Assembly (NCBI GenBank): GCA_963724765.1
Contig: CAVRVY010000001.1
Coordinates: 1 to 64,000, forward strand
Source of the DNA: an uncultured delta proteobacterium
Lineage (GTDB): Bacteria > Desulfobacterota > Binatia > Binatales > Binataceae
DNA: 64,000 nucleotides
Reading direction: 5' to 3'
Part shown: piece after piece, positions 51,866 to 62,704 of the stretch
Layout of the letters: every line of letters starts with the position of its first letter
How positions within the stretch are numbered: position 1 is the first letter of the stretch
Translations under genes and position numbers: made by a program
Notes under the pieces: generated by a model
The model's input: only the letters and a program-made list of their open reading frames with translations
Told to the model about the DNA's origin: nothing
Databases searched by the model: none

Positions 51866-52963
51866 ATGACAAGCAGGTCCAAGGATATCATTATTCTGTT
51901 AGGTGCTGGCGCGAGCGCCGAAGCTGGGATACCTGTCTCGAGTCGAATGATTGGTAGCGTGGAGGAAAACCTTCGGAGTAGAGACGACTGGAGCGAATTT
52001 GGGCAGCTCTATAATCACGTCAAGAGCGCGATACACTTTTCCGCGGGCCTGAAGGGCCGCTTCGGTGATGATGTCCCTTTCAACATCGAAACTCTAGTGA
52101 ATACTCTTTATGAGCTTGAGAGAAACGAGGAACATCCACTCTATCCGTTCATTGCTGCGTGGAATTCTAGGTTTGTAGCGCTTGCCGGGCCGAACTTTGA
52201 GTCAGTGCGCCGGTTTAGGAAGTTGATCCTGGGGGCGCTGAAGAAATGGATGTGCATAGAGAACGCTGCAAAGTCGAATTACTACAAGGGCTTGAGCACG
52301 CTACAGCAGGATTTAAACTACCCTCTTCATGCCTTCTCGTTGAACTATGACCTGTGCGTAGAGCGTTTGAATCAGCCGGCGTTCCGTGTCGAGACGGGGT
52401 TTGCGGACTATGGGCCGGATAACCCTTGGGACTTCGAACGGTTCGAAGATCTCGAGTTGACGAACAATCCGTCCCCGCAGATTCTTCTCTACAAGTTACA
52501 TGGCTCCATAAACTGGAAACGAGACCCCGCAACGAAGAATCTGTTTGCAGTTGATCAAATCGAAAGCGTCGATGAGGAAGAGATGGAGGTCATCTTCGGT
52601 CGCGATTTTAAGCTGGAAGCCGCTGACCCTTATTTGTTCTTCGCTTATGAATTCCGCCGATTTACGCTGTTGACGCGGCTGATCGTTGCGATCGGGTACG
52701 GTTTCGGGGACTTGCATATTAATAAGATGTTGACGCAGAGTCTACGAAGTGACGCCGACCGACGACTTGTAGTCGTTCAGAATTGTAGCCATGAAAGTTT
52801 GGCGGAAAGAGAGATCGAAATAGCGAGGCGTTTGGAGTTGAGCGGCGATCGCAGAGAACAAGTGATAATCGAGAGTGGCTCAGCTAGAGAGTTCTTGGAA
52901 AGTCCAGATTTGGCAAAGAAGTTAATTGGGTTGATCCCAGCGACTAGAGACGCCGGATTTTAA
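51866..52963 (+). CDS. SIR2-like (SIR2_2) NADase effector
   Basis: LLGAGAS, SLNYD, KLHGSINW, IGYGFGDLHIN; 7 bp after the pAgo stop. Confidence 0.9.
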   Translation: MTSRSKDIIILLGAGASAEAGIPVSSRMIGSVEENLRSRDDWSEFGQLYNHVKSAIHFSAGLKGRFGDDVPFNIETLVNTLYELERNEEHPLYPFIAAWNSRFVALAGPNFESVRRFRKLILGALKKWMCIENAAKSNYYKGLSTLQQDLNYPLHAFSLNYDLCVERLNQPAFRVETGFADYGPDNPWDFERFEDLELTNNPSPQILLYKLHGSINWKRDPATKNLFAVDQIESVDEEEMEVIFGRDFKLEAADPYLFFAYEFRRFTLLTRLIVAIGYGFGDLHINKMLTQSLRSDADRRLVVVQNCSHESLAEREIEIARRLELSGDRREQVIIESGSAREFLESPDLAKKLIGLIPATRDAGF

Positions 52964-52999
52964 GGAAAGCGATGCAAAGGGGCGAGTGCCTGGCGGTCC

Positions 53000-53490
53000 T
53001 TATCGTAGAACACAGGTGGATAGAGCGTGCGTCGTAACAAGACCGGCGAAATAGTCTGCCAGTTGAGCAACTAGGGGATGAGACTTAACGAGTACGCCGA
53101 TTTCGATGTTTCTGAGCCAGGCCGCCTGAGTAAAATTCGCAGAAGTGATCATCGCTTTCGTGCGGTCGGCGACAACGCACTTTGCATGCAGGCTTGAACG
53201 TTTCAGCGGATCGTTTGATAGCGAGCGCGGGTCATAGTAAACGTCCGGAAGATTCGCAAACGGCCAGTGTGTTTCTCGAAACTCTTGAGCGAAGCGGCGC
53301 ACGATTTCAGAATCGAGCGAAGTATCGCCTAGCTTCCTACCTATCTCGATGCAAAATTCGACGTGTAGGTTGTCATTCGCCATTCTCGAAGCAAGGAGCT
53401 CGAATATCGGTTTGGCGTTATGGACCGCGTAGCCGATCATTAGCACCTCTCGTCTAGCTTCTGAGATCAAGGTTCGAAGCGTAGTGAGTG
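53000..53490 (-). pseudogene. drmC: DISARM DrmC-like PLD nuclease, 5'-truncated by IS3
   Basis: IGYAVH...WP...VYYDPRSL...LHAKCVVAD...SANFT...RNIEIGV. Confidence 0.8.
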
Positions 53491-53511
53491 TGGTCTGCCC
53501 CCCAATGCCCG

Positions 53512-54381
53512 TCAGATCATAGGTAGAGTCTTTGGTTGTTTTTCCCCCTCCTGGGGCGGAATCAGTTTCTCCGTTTTTAGCTGTGCGAACTCGACTGGCG
53601 TCAGAGCGCCAAGGCTCGAATGCGGCCGACGATGGTTGTAATCGTCGCGCCACGCTTCGATGGTTGTGCGCGCCTCGGCCAGACTCAGGAATACATGCTC
53701 GTTGAGACATTCGTCGCGCAAGCGGCTATTGAACGATTCCACGAAGGCGTTCTGCACCGGCTTACCGGGCGCGATGTAGTGCCAGTCCAGCCGCCCGATC
53801 GACCAGCGTAGTACCGCCGTACTGGTCAGCTCGCAGCCGTTATCGCTGACGATTACTGCGGGAAGCCCACGCTCCAACACTAAGCGCTCCAGTTCGCGCA
53901 CGACGCGCACGCCGCCGATCGAAGTATCGACCACCGTGGCCAGGCATTCGCGACTGAAGTCGTCCACTACGCAGAAGATGCGGAAGCGGCGGCCATCGCT
54001 GAACGCATCTGACACGAAGTCGAGTGACCAACGCCGATTGATCGCATCGGGCAATCCCAGCGGTGCGCGGGTGCCGAGGGCGCGTTTGCGCCGACCGCGC
54101 CGGCGCACCATCAGCTTTTCCTCGCGGTAGATCCGGTAGAGCTTCTTGCGATTCATCACATGGCCTTCCCTGGCCAGTAGCCAACCCAAGCGGCGATAGC
54201 CAAACCGTCGCCGCTCCGCGGCCAGCTCACGCAGTCGCCGGCGCACCGTCGAATCGTCCGGCCGCCTCGACTGATAGTTAGGCTCGAACGGTTGAGCCCC
54301 ACCAGCCTGCATGCGCGCCCTGGCTCATGCGGTACTGCTCGATGAGTCGGGTGACGGCTCGCGTCGCGCCGCAGGCTCTAA
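53512..54381 (-). CDS. IS3 transposase OrfB (DDE), with extra indels near its 5' end
   Basis: [24 protein letters not shown]. Confidence 0.88.
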
Positions 54382-54644
54382 CCGTTTTTTCCGAGCAGAT
54401 CCTTGAGCGCCGCGTTGTCCAGCATCGCCTCGGCCAACAGCTTCTTCAGTCGCCGATTCTCATCCTCCAGCGACTTCAGCCGGCGCGCCTCGGAGACCTC
54501 GAGCCCGCCGTACTTTGCTTTCCATTTGTAGAAGGTCGCGTCCGAGATCCCGTGCCGGCGACATACCTCCGGCGTCTTTGCCCCCGCCTCCGCCTCCCGC
54601 AAGATCCCGATTATCTGTTCCTCGCTGAACCGGCTGCCCTTCAT
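54378..54644 (-). CDS. IS3 transposase OrfA
   Basis: RFSEEQIIGIL...HGISDATFYKWK...LEDENRRLKKL; ends at an AAAAAAC slippery site. Confidence 0.92.
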   Translation of the reverse strand: MKGSRFSEEQIIGILREAEAGAKTPEVCRRHGISDATFYKWKAKYGGLEVSEARRLKSLEDENRRLKKLLAEAMLDNAALKDLLGKNG

Positions 54645-54735
54645 CTGTCCGTCTCCTTTCAGTGACGGACTCTACCTCTAAACTGTTGGGCGGGAAGGGG
54701 GCAGGCCAGACCATCCATCCCTTTCTAGGAGACCA

Positions 54736-54770
54736 CAAACAGAAAACCCCGTGGTCTTGAACCACGGGGT
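54736..54770 (-). terminator. Intrinsic terminator-like hairpin
   Basis: Perfect 10-bp stem ACCCCGTGGT/ACCACGGGGT, 5-nt loop, then TTTCTGTTTG on the minus strand. Confidence 0.65.
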
Positions 54771-55462
54771 CGTAATGTTGTTGGCTGTCAGGATGGAATC
54801 TCTGCGTCAGCCCGCGCGGATTCGTCGGCCATTCTCGGCTCGTGATCCTGCGGGCGGAAAGAACCTCGTACTGTTTTACGATCAAAGCGGAAACATCTCC
54901 CGCATAGACCCATACGAGATAGAATTTCGGCTGGTCACAACGGCCGGTGCACCTTTTGCTGACCTCATCAACGAAGAATTGGACTTCACCGCGGCAGAAG
55001 TGAGAGTCTCTTTACCATTCGCGGTTCTGCCTTGGGCGGTACGATTTAGCAATTGGCGAAAGATTTCGTTCAACAGGTAGCAATTCCGGCTTCAGCGACA
55101 GGAATTCATATCAGTAACTTTGTTTGCGGCCTTCCGTCAAATAATTTCTAATACCCATTGCCAGATGATATTCCCTCAGGATCCAATTTCCTGAATCTAC
55201 GTTATCACACTTGAAAGTTTACGCTCAGGCATCGGCGGAGTGTGACTTTTCAGAATAAATGTCCCCGCTTCTTGCACGCTATTTGCCCCGTGATACGCGT
55301 GCACGGTCCTGTCAGCAGCTTCGTGACCGCTTGTTCCGAAAAGGTTCTAGACCAACGGACGGCCCAAGCCTAGCGGCAAATAGCCGGGAAAGGACAGGGT
55401 CATTTATCTTGAAAGATTACATTTTGTGGCACCACCTTTACGTCCATGCATCACCCCTCGTC

Positions 55463-56859
55463 TTAATATTTCGTGCGCACATACACGCCGACACGCCCAG
55501 GGCATGGATAGCCCCGAGGGTTCTTGTGAGGGTTCAGTGAACCGTCCATCGTTCGTCTGTTAAATGTCTTCCGACAGACAGTGCATCGGTAGACGTAGGT
55601 TGGCCCCTGCTGCCTTGCGCGCGGCGCGCGGCGCGTGCTCGCAATGCGAGGCATCGCCGTGGATGGCGCGACGGTCAATGGTCCGGTCGAAGTCAATTCG
55701 ACAGCGTAACGCGGCGTGAAGACTTGCGAAGTGACGGTCGCACTCTGCATCCGATCCACGCGATAAGAACGGTGTTCGCCTGAATCGCTGCGGATGGCGT
55801 GCAGCACGAAATAGCCTTCGCTGTCTGGCGCAGCGAATAGGGCTCGATGCGGCGCACGCCGCCGTCATAGGTCAGATCGACGCACAGATGGTTCGCCGCG
55901 GCGAAGCGGACGATTTCCAGCGTCGAGCGGGAGCGGATGGGGACACCCATCGGAAGCACGCGGGTCCGGACAGCAATTTCGCCGGCACCGTGCTGGATAA
56001 ACGCGCGTTGCGGGATTTCCGCGCCACCGGTGATCCAGGTGAAGATTTCAGGGAGAGCGTCCCAGAAGTCGTTAAGCGGAGGAAGGACAGGGAGCTGGTG
56101 CGCCAGCATGTCCGACCACATCGCCTCAAGGGATTGGCGATGAGGCACCAGGGTATCGAAAGTTGGAACCGGGATTGCCTTGTATTCGCACTTCTGCCGG
56201 AGCACATCGCTAAGTACGGCGGCTGTTGGACGGCTGTCCGTGTGCCGGTACAGGTTCACCACGTCGTAAAGGTCACGGGGCCGCGTGCGTTCTCCGAGCG
56301 CACGGAGCTTTTCCCCGAAGGCTTCCTCGTACGCGTAACAATTGGCCCAAATACCTCCTTCGGGGCGGTCGGTGTAAGGATGAAATACCTCGCGGCGGAC
56401 GGAAGGAAGTACCAGCCTCTCATCTGCTGTCAGGTCAAGCTTGATCTTCGGCCAACCGCCTGATGTCGGTGAGACCGGGCCGCGATAGGCGATCTTGCCC
56501 TGGCAGTTCATGCGGCCGCGCGGGTTTTCGTAAATGTCGAATTCGAGTTGATCGACGGCGATGTTCAAGCCGGATTGTTCCGTGATCCAGCCGATGACTT
56601 CTTCGAAAACGGGCTGCAGGAAGTCCTCATCAAGATGGCTCTCATCGCGCAGCGTGAAGTCCAGGTCCTCCGAAAACCGATAGGTCTCGAAGTAGCACTT
56701 CTTGAGACACGTGCCGCCCTTGAAGACCCAGCTTTCCGCGATCTCCTCATGCGCGTTGATGCCGGCGAGCATCCAGCCGAGGACATAGTCCTTCTCAACA
56801 ACGCTCGGCAAGAGCGAAAACGACGATGCGGCTTCGAGCAATTCGCGGCGGTCTATCAT
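55463..56859 (-). CDS. AbiEii/AbiGii nucleotidyltransferase toxin fused to a WYL domain and Cys/His tail (one apparent frameshift near 55820)
   Basis: VEKDY, FKGGT, RFSEDLDF, EKLRAL, RPRDLYD; then YDGGVRRIEPYSL / GYFVLHA...RSYRVDRM; tail CTVC...HKNPRGYPCPG. Confidence 0.85.
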
Positions 56860-57662
56860 GCTGCAGTGTCTTTCCAACGCTCTGGCACCCACAGCCGCCA
56901 GGCAGTGACAAGTTTCCGGGAAGAGAGCGCTGGATCGAGCCGGGCATAACCGCTAGTTAGCCGGGAGCGGCACTCGTCCGCGAGAGCTTTGTCGCGCAGG
57001 CGGGTATCAGCTAGAAATCCAAGGCGTTTGAAGATGACGCCATTGTTGAATTGCTCCGCGTAGCGGATTAACAGGTCCCGGTCAGCGGACTTGCCATGAA
57101 GATATGCAGACAAGCAGTCGGCCACGTGATCGATGCCGCCGCCGACCTCTGGCATGGCGATCATGTCGACAAGCGTGCGCGCCGGGTCCGATATTGAGAC
57201 CTTCGTAGATCCGCGCCACAGGGTTTTCAGTCCGAAGAGACGTTTGGCTTTTATGCTGCGAAGCCGAAAAGCCGCGCCCTGCGCGGTTACGCGCTTCTCA
57301 ATGACACGGCGGGTAGTAAAGACCAGCGTTTCGTTGAAGAGCTGCTCGGTGAGTTCCCAATGGTGCGCGGCTGTCCAGCCGCCGATGTAGCTTTCGCCGA
57401 AGAGTGTCGGGACGAGCACCCAGGGATCTGCGATAACCTGTTCGCTGCCGGCCAGATCCAATGGCACGGGAACATAGAGACCGTGCCCTATCCTTCGCAG
57501 CCATCCCTGCTCTCTCCAGCGGGAGAGAAGCTTGGCGGCGGCGCGCCGGTCAATGCCAAGAGTTTGCGCCGCAATGTCAACCGATACCACCTCCTTGGTG
57601 GCACGGAGAACGGCGGCAAGCCGCGCTCGGGAGGCGGGCAATGGGTCGGTTTCGCTCCTCAT
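56856..57662 (-). CDS. AbiEi-type (type IV TA) antitoxin / transcriptional regulator
   Basis: wHTH GWLRRIGHGLY, YIGGWTAAHHWELTEQ, SDPARTLVD, KRLGFL; 4-bp overlap with the toxin. Confidence 0.9.
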   Translation of the reverse strand: MRSETDPLPASRARLAAVLRATKEVVSVDIAAQTLGIDRRAAAKLLSRWREQGWLRRIGHGLYVPVPLDLAGSEQVIADPWVLVPTLFGESYIGGWTAAHHWELTEQLFNETLVFTTRRVIEKRVTAQGAAFRLRSIKAKRLFGLKTLWRGSTKVSISDPARTLVDMIAMPEVGGGIDHVADCLSAYLHGKSADRDLLIRYAEQFNNGVIFKRLGFLADTRLRDKALADECRSRLTSGYARLDPALSSRKLVTAWRLWVPERWKDTAA

Positions 57663-57723
57663 GGACTATATGATATAACACTAAATTCGCATTATCAAGG
57701 AACTTAACGCTCAACAATATAGT
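57663..57723 (-). promoter_or_regulatory. AbiE promoter (probably leaderless) inside an imperfect 24-bp inverted repeat
   Basis: TTGATA-17-TATCAT, 7 nt before the ATG. IR arms 57665-57688 and 57700-57723 match at 16 of 24 positions. Confidence 0.65.
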
Positions 57724-57886
57724 TACCGAGCAGTTGAAGCCTGAAGGCATCCGGCCGGCGGGCAGAACGTCAAGCTTGACGGGCGCGACGACCCAGGCCC
57801 ATCACCATCAGGTGAACCCAGACGCAAATTCTCCAAATGGATGAAATCAATGTAGGCCGACGAATTCTTCCCTCGAATCCACCGCT

Positions 57887-60800
57887 TCATTCTCGATGCG
57901 GCAAATACATGCGTCCTCTTACTCGACGTCGTGGCACGTCAAGCGTGAACTCATAGTGCAGCACAGAGCGGAGTTCTTCAAAAGCAACACTATTCGCAAC
58001 GGCGTAGCCGGCTTTGTCGACCCAGGTCCAGCCGCCGCGCAACTCCACCGGCGTTACATAGAGTTCTCCCGACAGATAGTCGTTTCTGTTCCGGGTCAAC
58101 GTTACACGCCAGTCAAAATGCGGTTGAGGCGGCTGTTCAGGGTCTCGCGACCCAGTCTGCTGTGCCCAATCGCGTATAGCTCGTGGATCAAGTAAGTCAT
58201 TCGCAGCGATTCCTGTTGTCCGCGAACTATAATACGATTGCGACATAACCTCGGCATCGGTTCTTGTTTTTGCATAGCCACGAGCAAGGAGAAATGCGGC
58301 AACAGGCTCCAAGGTTCCCCAGGTCAGCAGCTCCTTAAGCCAGAATGCGATCCACGGCAAGTCGGCGAGCGGCCAATCGCCGATCTCGAGTGGTCGGATC
58401 GGAGCGTGTTCGTTGTCGCTGAAGGCGACGGAAATTAGTCCACCAAGACCCCAAGTGCTGAGGTAGCAGAAATTCTTAGACACATAATCGAACCACACGG
58501 TGATTTGCTTTGGCGTGGGTTGTTCGTCGAGCGTCTCTTTGCACATCCACCATCTAAGCAACCTTTGCCAGTCCCTAAAGTTTCGTCTGCCTCCGAGCTT
58601 TGTGCTCAAGCGGAACGCTGGCACTTCATTTAAGCTGCCGATGACCCGAGCGACAAAGCCAAAACGTTGCTCAGTCGTCCATCGAGCATACTCAAGTCCT
58701 TCCCTAAGCTGGTCTACAATCGATGGAGCTTGCTCTAGCAGTATTATCGCCGAACGCGGCGTCAGACTCGTCCTATAAATGCGGGCGCGTTCTTGTGAGT
58801 CCGGATAGCGCCTTGGGAGCGCACGTCCGCGGCTAAACCAGATCCTACTTAACCGCGCTTCAGCTGACCCGGATGCATGCGCGTAGGTCGCTTGCCAAAT
58901 GCGACGAAGTTCTGCCTCGAGTTCAGCCCCATCGAGCGGCGAGTTCGTCAGCTCCTCAACTTCCCTAAGAGCGCATAGCAGAAAATAGTCGAGAGCATCC
59001 AAGTTACGAACCGCGGGAGTCTCGGGCGCTGTCGTAACGGCGGTCGCCTCCAACCAGCGCGTAAATGCCGAATCCGAGGTTTGCCCGCTCAGGGTCCGCC
59101 AGGTCGACTCAATGGCGCTGAGCAAAGCAAGCAGCGCGCTATCCGCAGTATCCGTGCCTTGCTCGGCTCTACCTGTTGATTGTTCCAGCTCGTCGCGGAG
59201 TTCCTCGTAGCCTCTTCTCTGCCGGTAGCTCCCCTGGTCTGCAGAAAGAACTACAAACGCATGCCCTTCGGTAGCTACACCGGGACGGCCCGCGCGACCT
59301 ATCAAATTTGAAAACTCCTGCAGATCGAACCGGACCTGCCCTCGATAGACACTTGGTATCAGGATATAATTCACCGGAATATTCACGCCTTCCGATAAGG
59401 TCGAGGTTGCGATGATCACCCGCACTGTCCCTCGATCAATCAAGCGCTTCAACCGCCGGCCCACGGGTGGTGGAAGCTTTCCGTGATGGACTGCTATGCC
59501 CCACGACAACAACCTGTATTCGTAAGAGTCTACGGAAAAATAGTCTTCCATTGATGCCAAACATTCCGTGAGCAACGTGTCATCTGTCCTTCTCTCGAAA
59601 TAGGAAGGCAATTGATCCGATCCCCAGTGATCGAGGATCTCCAGACAGGCACCCGTAAAATCGTCAATTCTCTGAGCCATAGAAACCAGAACGGTTGGCT
59701 TCGTTCCTTCGCTTCGTTCAGCAGCGAGATTCAGGGCGGCCCAGAGGGTGGGCGCTCGCATTCTCACTTCCGGCTGATTTCGTGGTCCTAACCGCTGGGG
59801 CATCTTGGCAAAAGGCTCGCCTACGTATGGAGAGGACGTTGTTCTGCCCTCACGAAACTTAAGCGATTGGCCGTTCATCAGGTCATACTGAATGGTGAAC
59901 GACCCTTGAGGACTGACCTCCAACCGCCCAAGCATCTGACGTGTACTGCGGTGGCGCGACTCTATTGGAGTTGCGCCTTCATCGCCAGAAATCCACCGCG
60001 CCAACGATGGCGCCGAACCGGCGGCTACGGCGGAGAGAGCTATTGTGCGGAAGGCATAGCGTTCACGAGCGAGGTTGAGACGAGTTCCTAGCAGTTCCAG
60101 GCGATACGCCCTGCTAGTAGCTTCCTGAAGGCTGAGCAGGTCTGGCCGTCCATAGTTCACTGTGTGGGCTTCGTCAATAATCACCAGCCTCACGCGGTCT
60201 AAAAACAACACACCAAGAAACCGCAGCAACGCGTCCGCCTTTTCGTATGTACAGATGAGTATCGTTGGCTGATCTTGGGATATCCAAGCGTCTGTGAGGT
60301 CCCCAATCCGTGCCCCCGTACAGACCCGTCACAACAATCCTTTGTGCCGAGATACCTCGTAAGTCTTCCGCAAGACGTTCCTCAACCTCTGCGGCCAGTG
60401 CGCGAGATGGAACCAAATACAATACGAGATTGCCGGTTCGTTGACCGTCTAGCCCTTCGGCAGCATTTGGATTGTTCTCGAACAGGGCAGGAATTATTCC
60501 AAGGGTCGCTACTGTCGTTTTGCCTGACCCCGTCGGCGTACATAGCGCAAAGGACCCTCCCCCGCGCAATCGCGAGATTCCAGCGGCTTGAGCTGGCCAA
60601 ACCAGCGCTCTTTTATTCGCGAACTGTGCTCTTGCAAATTGCGTCAGAGCTTCGATGGTGTCCGGAGATGCAGCAACTTGCATTTCAGCAACGGGACCCC
60701 AAAGCGAGGTTTCTACGTAGCGACGTGAAACAGCTCCCACCAATTTCGCTAAAACTGACGAGTAAGAATCTCTGCTATGAAGAAATCCCTCAGCGAGTCT

Positions 60801-61429
60801 ATCCAGCTTTGTGATTGCCCGCTGGACCATGTCATCGCGGCCGTAGCGTAGGTACTCGCAAACTGTTCCTATACATCGGATCACATGTTGAACCGCCAAA
60901 GCTGAAAAGGCAGCTCCGTCGAGACATACCTTGGAATCGTGCTTGCCAGCCCTCCTCGCCAATATTCGACCGTAGCTCGGAGCACAGCGGAAAGTCTGCC
61001 CGCAAAAACCCCGCAAGAATCTCTGATGCCACGCCTGCATCAGGCATTTCCTTGAGCTCGCCCAGAGCCATCGCCGGATAGCCTGCCACTTGGTAAGCTG
61101 CTGCAGAGAGGAGATGTAGAGGGGCTCCTTGAGGGCGCAAATCTGCTCAAGACAGCCACTCCAGTATTTCAGCACCGCGTTTGACGCTTTCTTGCCAACT
61201 GAAACCATCTTCAGGCTGACTGCGTAGAAGAAAAGGCGTATTGAATTAAGGAGGAACGCTTCTTCTTGAGCTCGCCCGATGTCTGATGGCCCGAAGCTCG
61301 CCAGGCCCCGGTCCCATCTGCCTCCGCATGCTCTGACTGTACAGCTTTGCCTGCGACTCGGCTCAGCGCAGTCGCGACGGATGAGCTGATATTCTTTCGC
61401 AAGATACGCGCCGATTCCGCTGTAGGCAT
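57887..61429 (-). pseudogene. Large Ski2-like DEAH-box helicase (HamB-like), several frameshifts in the 5' third
   Basis: PTGSGKT, VPSRALAAEV, IIDEAH, LSAV, AVHHG, TSTLSEGVN, GRAGR. N-terminus MPTAES at 61429 is broken across frames. Confidence 0.85.
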
Positions 61430-62318
61430 CCGGCTACCCTCTTATAGACCGAGTCCACTAGCGTATCCAAATCATCGACATGATATTCGAGTCCAAATAA
61501 CGCCCGATGCGCAGTGTAAGCAGAGTTCGGTGCGCTCGCAGACATCCAGCTTCGCCTGCCAGGTGCTCGCGGTGCTTCGCCACAAACATACACCACCGCG
61601 TCGTATCGCGTCACACCTTGACCGGCTGAAGCTCGATATTTGATTAATGCTTCTTGCCACGCTTCTGCTTCAGGCGTGTCGTAGCAGTTTAGCAGCTCAA
61701 CCAGTTCCCGAACGCTATCCGGAACCGATGATGCGCTGCTGAGTTTTCCGTGGGCCGCGCTCAGTTTGACCGATTGATGACCGGACAAACACTTGGCTTC
61801 GAGCGTCAAGACGTGCGTGATCGAGTCGGCATCATTCTTCACGAAGGCAATCGCATCATCCCCGGTGCGTCCAGGCCGGCGGGCAGCCGGCGCGTCGGGA
61901 TCGTACGCTTGGCCCGCCCTGAGCTGTTGGTTGATGCGCTCAAGATGTTGAAACTCGACGTCATGAAATCTGAAGAGAAGAGCAGGAACCTGCCAGTCAT
62001 TTCGATTGTGTATATCCCAGTGCTCAACAGCTAGAGCCGCAAACGTCTCCCCGAGGTATCCCTTCAACGTGTTTCGGTGCAATAAACCCGGGTAATTCGC
62101 AGCAGGGTCTAGTACTGGATCGTTGAATGGTGACAGAGCATCTTCAAATCCACTACGCAAGCGTAGGCGGGCATCTTCCAAAGCTTCTTGGAAATACGCC
62201 ACAAGTTCCGCTAGTACATCGCACCGCCTTGCAAGTTCTTCATGCCAAAGGCAGCAGGTGGTAGGAACCATTCCCCTGTGGGCCGCGGCTGCTCGACGAG
62301 CCACCTTTGCAAGGTCAC
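61363..62318 (-). CDS. PD-(D/E)xK nuclease-like protein (HamA-like); termini uncertain
   Basis: KGYLGE...GRTGDDAIAF...LEAK; directly upstream of the helicase. Confidence 0.7.
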
Positions 62319-62704
62319 GCGACTAATTCTGCGGAAGCGAATCATCAGCGACTTTCTACAGTTTTCGGACCCGCACTATAGACTAGACTTTCTGTTGATT
62401 CACGAGAAAATTGTGGCAACTTCGGCATACGACAGCAAATCCGGCTGCCCGAGCGGGTCTCTCTTCGCGTGCTGCAGCCGAGCAGCGCCGGTCGGTCGGT
62501 ACGGTTCGTCCGTTCCTCACACCGAGGCAACATGCGCCCATACAGGGATAAGATCGCTCGTGATGGGCCGAATGATCGTCTGAGCGACATAAGCGGCTTC
62601 GAAGGCATGGTTGAGCGCGAGGCCGATTGTTCCGCCAGCGATGCTCGCTGCCATCGGTACAGATGAATGAAGCGCTTGCGCCGCGGGATACAGCAGTCAC
62701 AGCC

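Larger units (their letters stand above)
53491..54708 (-). mobile_element. IS3-family insertion sequence, 1218 bp
   Basis: Imperfect terminal IRs TGGTCTGCCCCC...AGGTAGAGTC and TGGCCTGCCCCC...AGGTAGAGTC; orfA and orfB; no target duplication. Confidence 0.92.

Noticed and set aside
53491-53710. N-terminus of the 236-aa ORF 53000..53710 as part of DrmC
   Set aside because: It lies inside the IS3 element and is read-through from IS sequence.
57768-57781. Perfect 14-bp palindrome CGTCAAGCTTGACG
   Set aside because: Isolated, with no loop or U-tract; could occur by chance in 64 kb.
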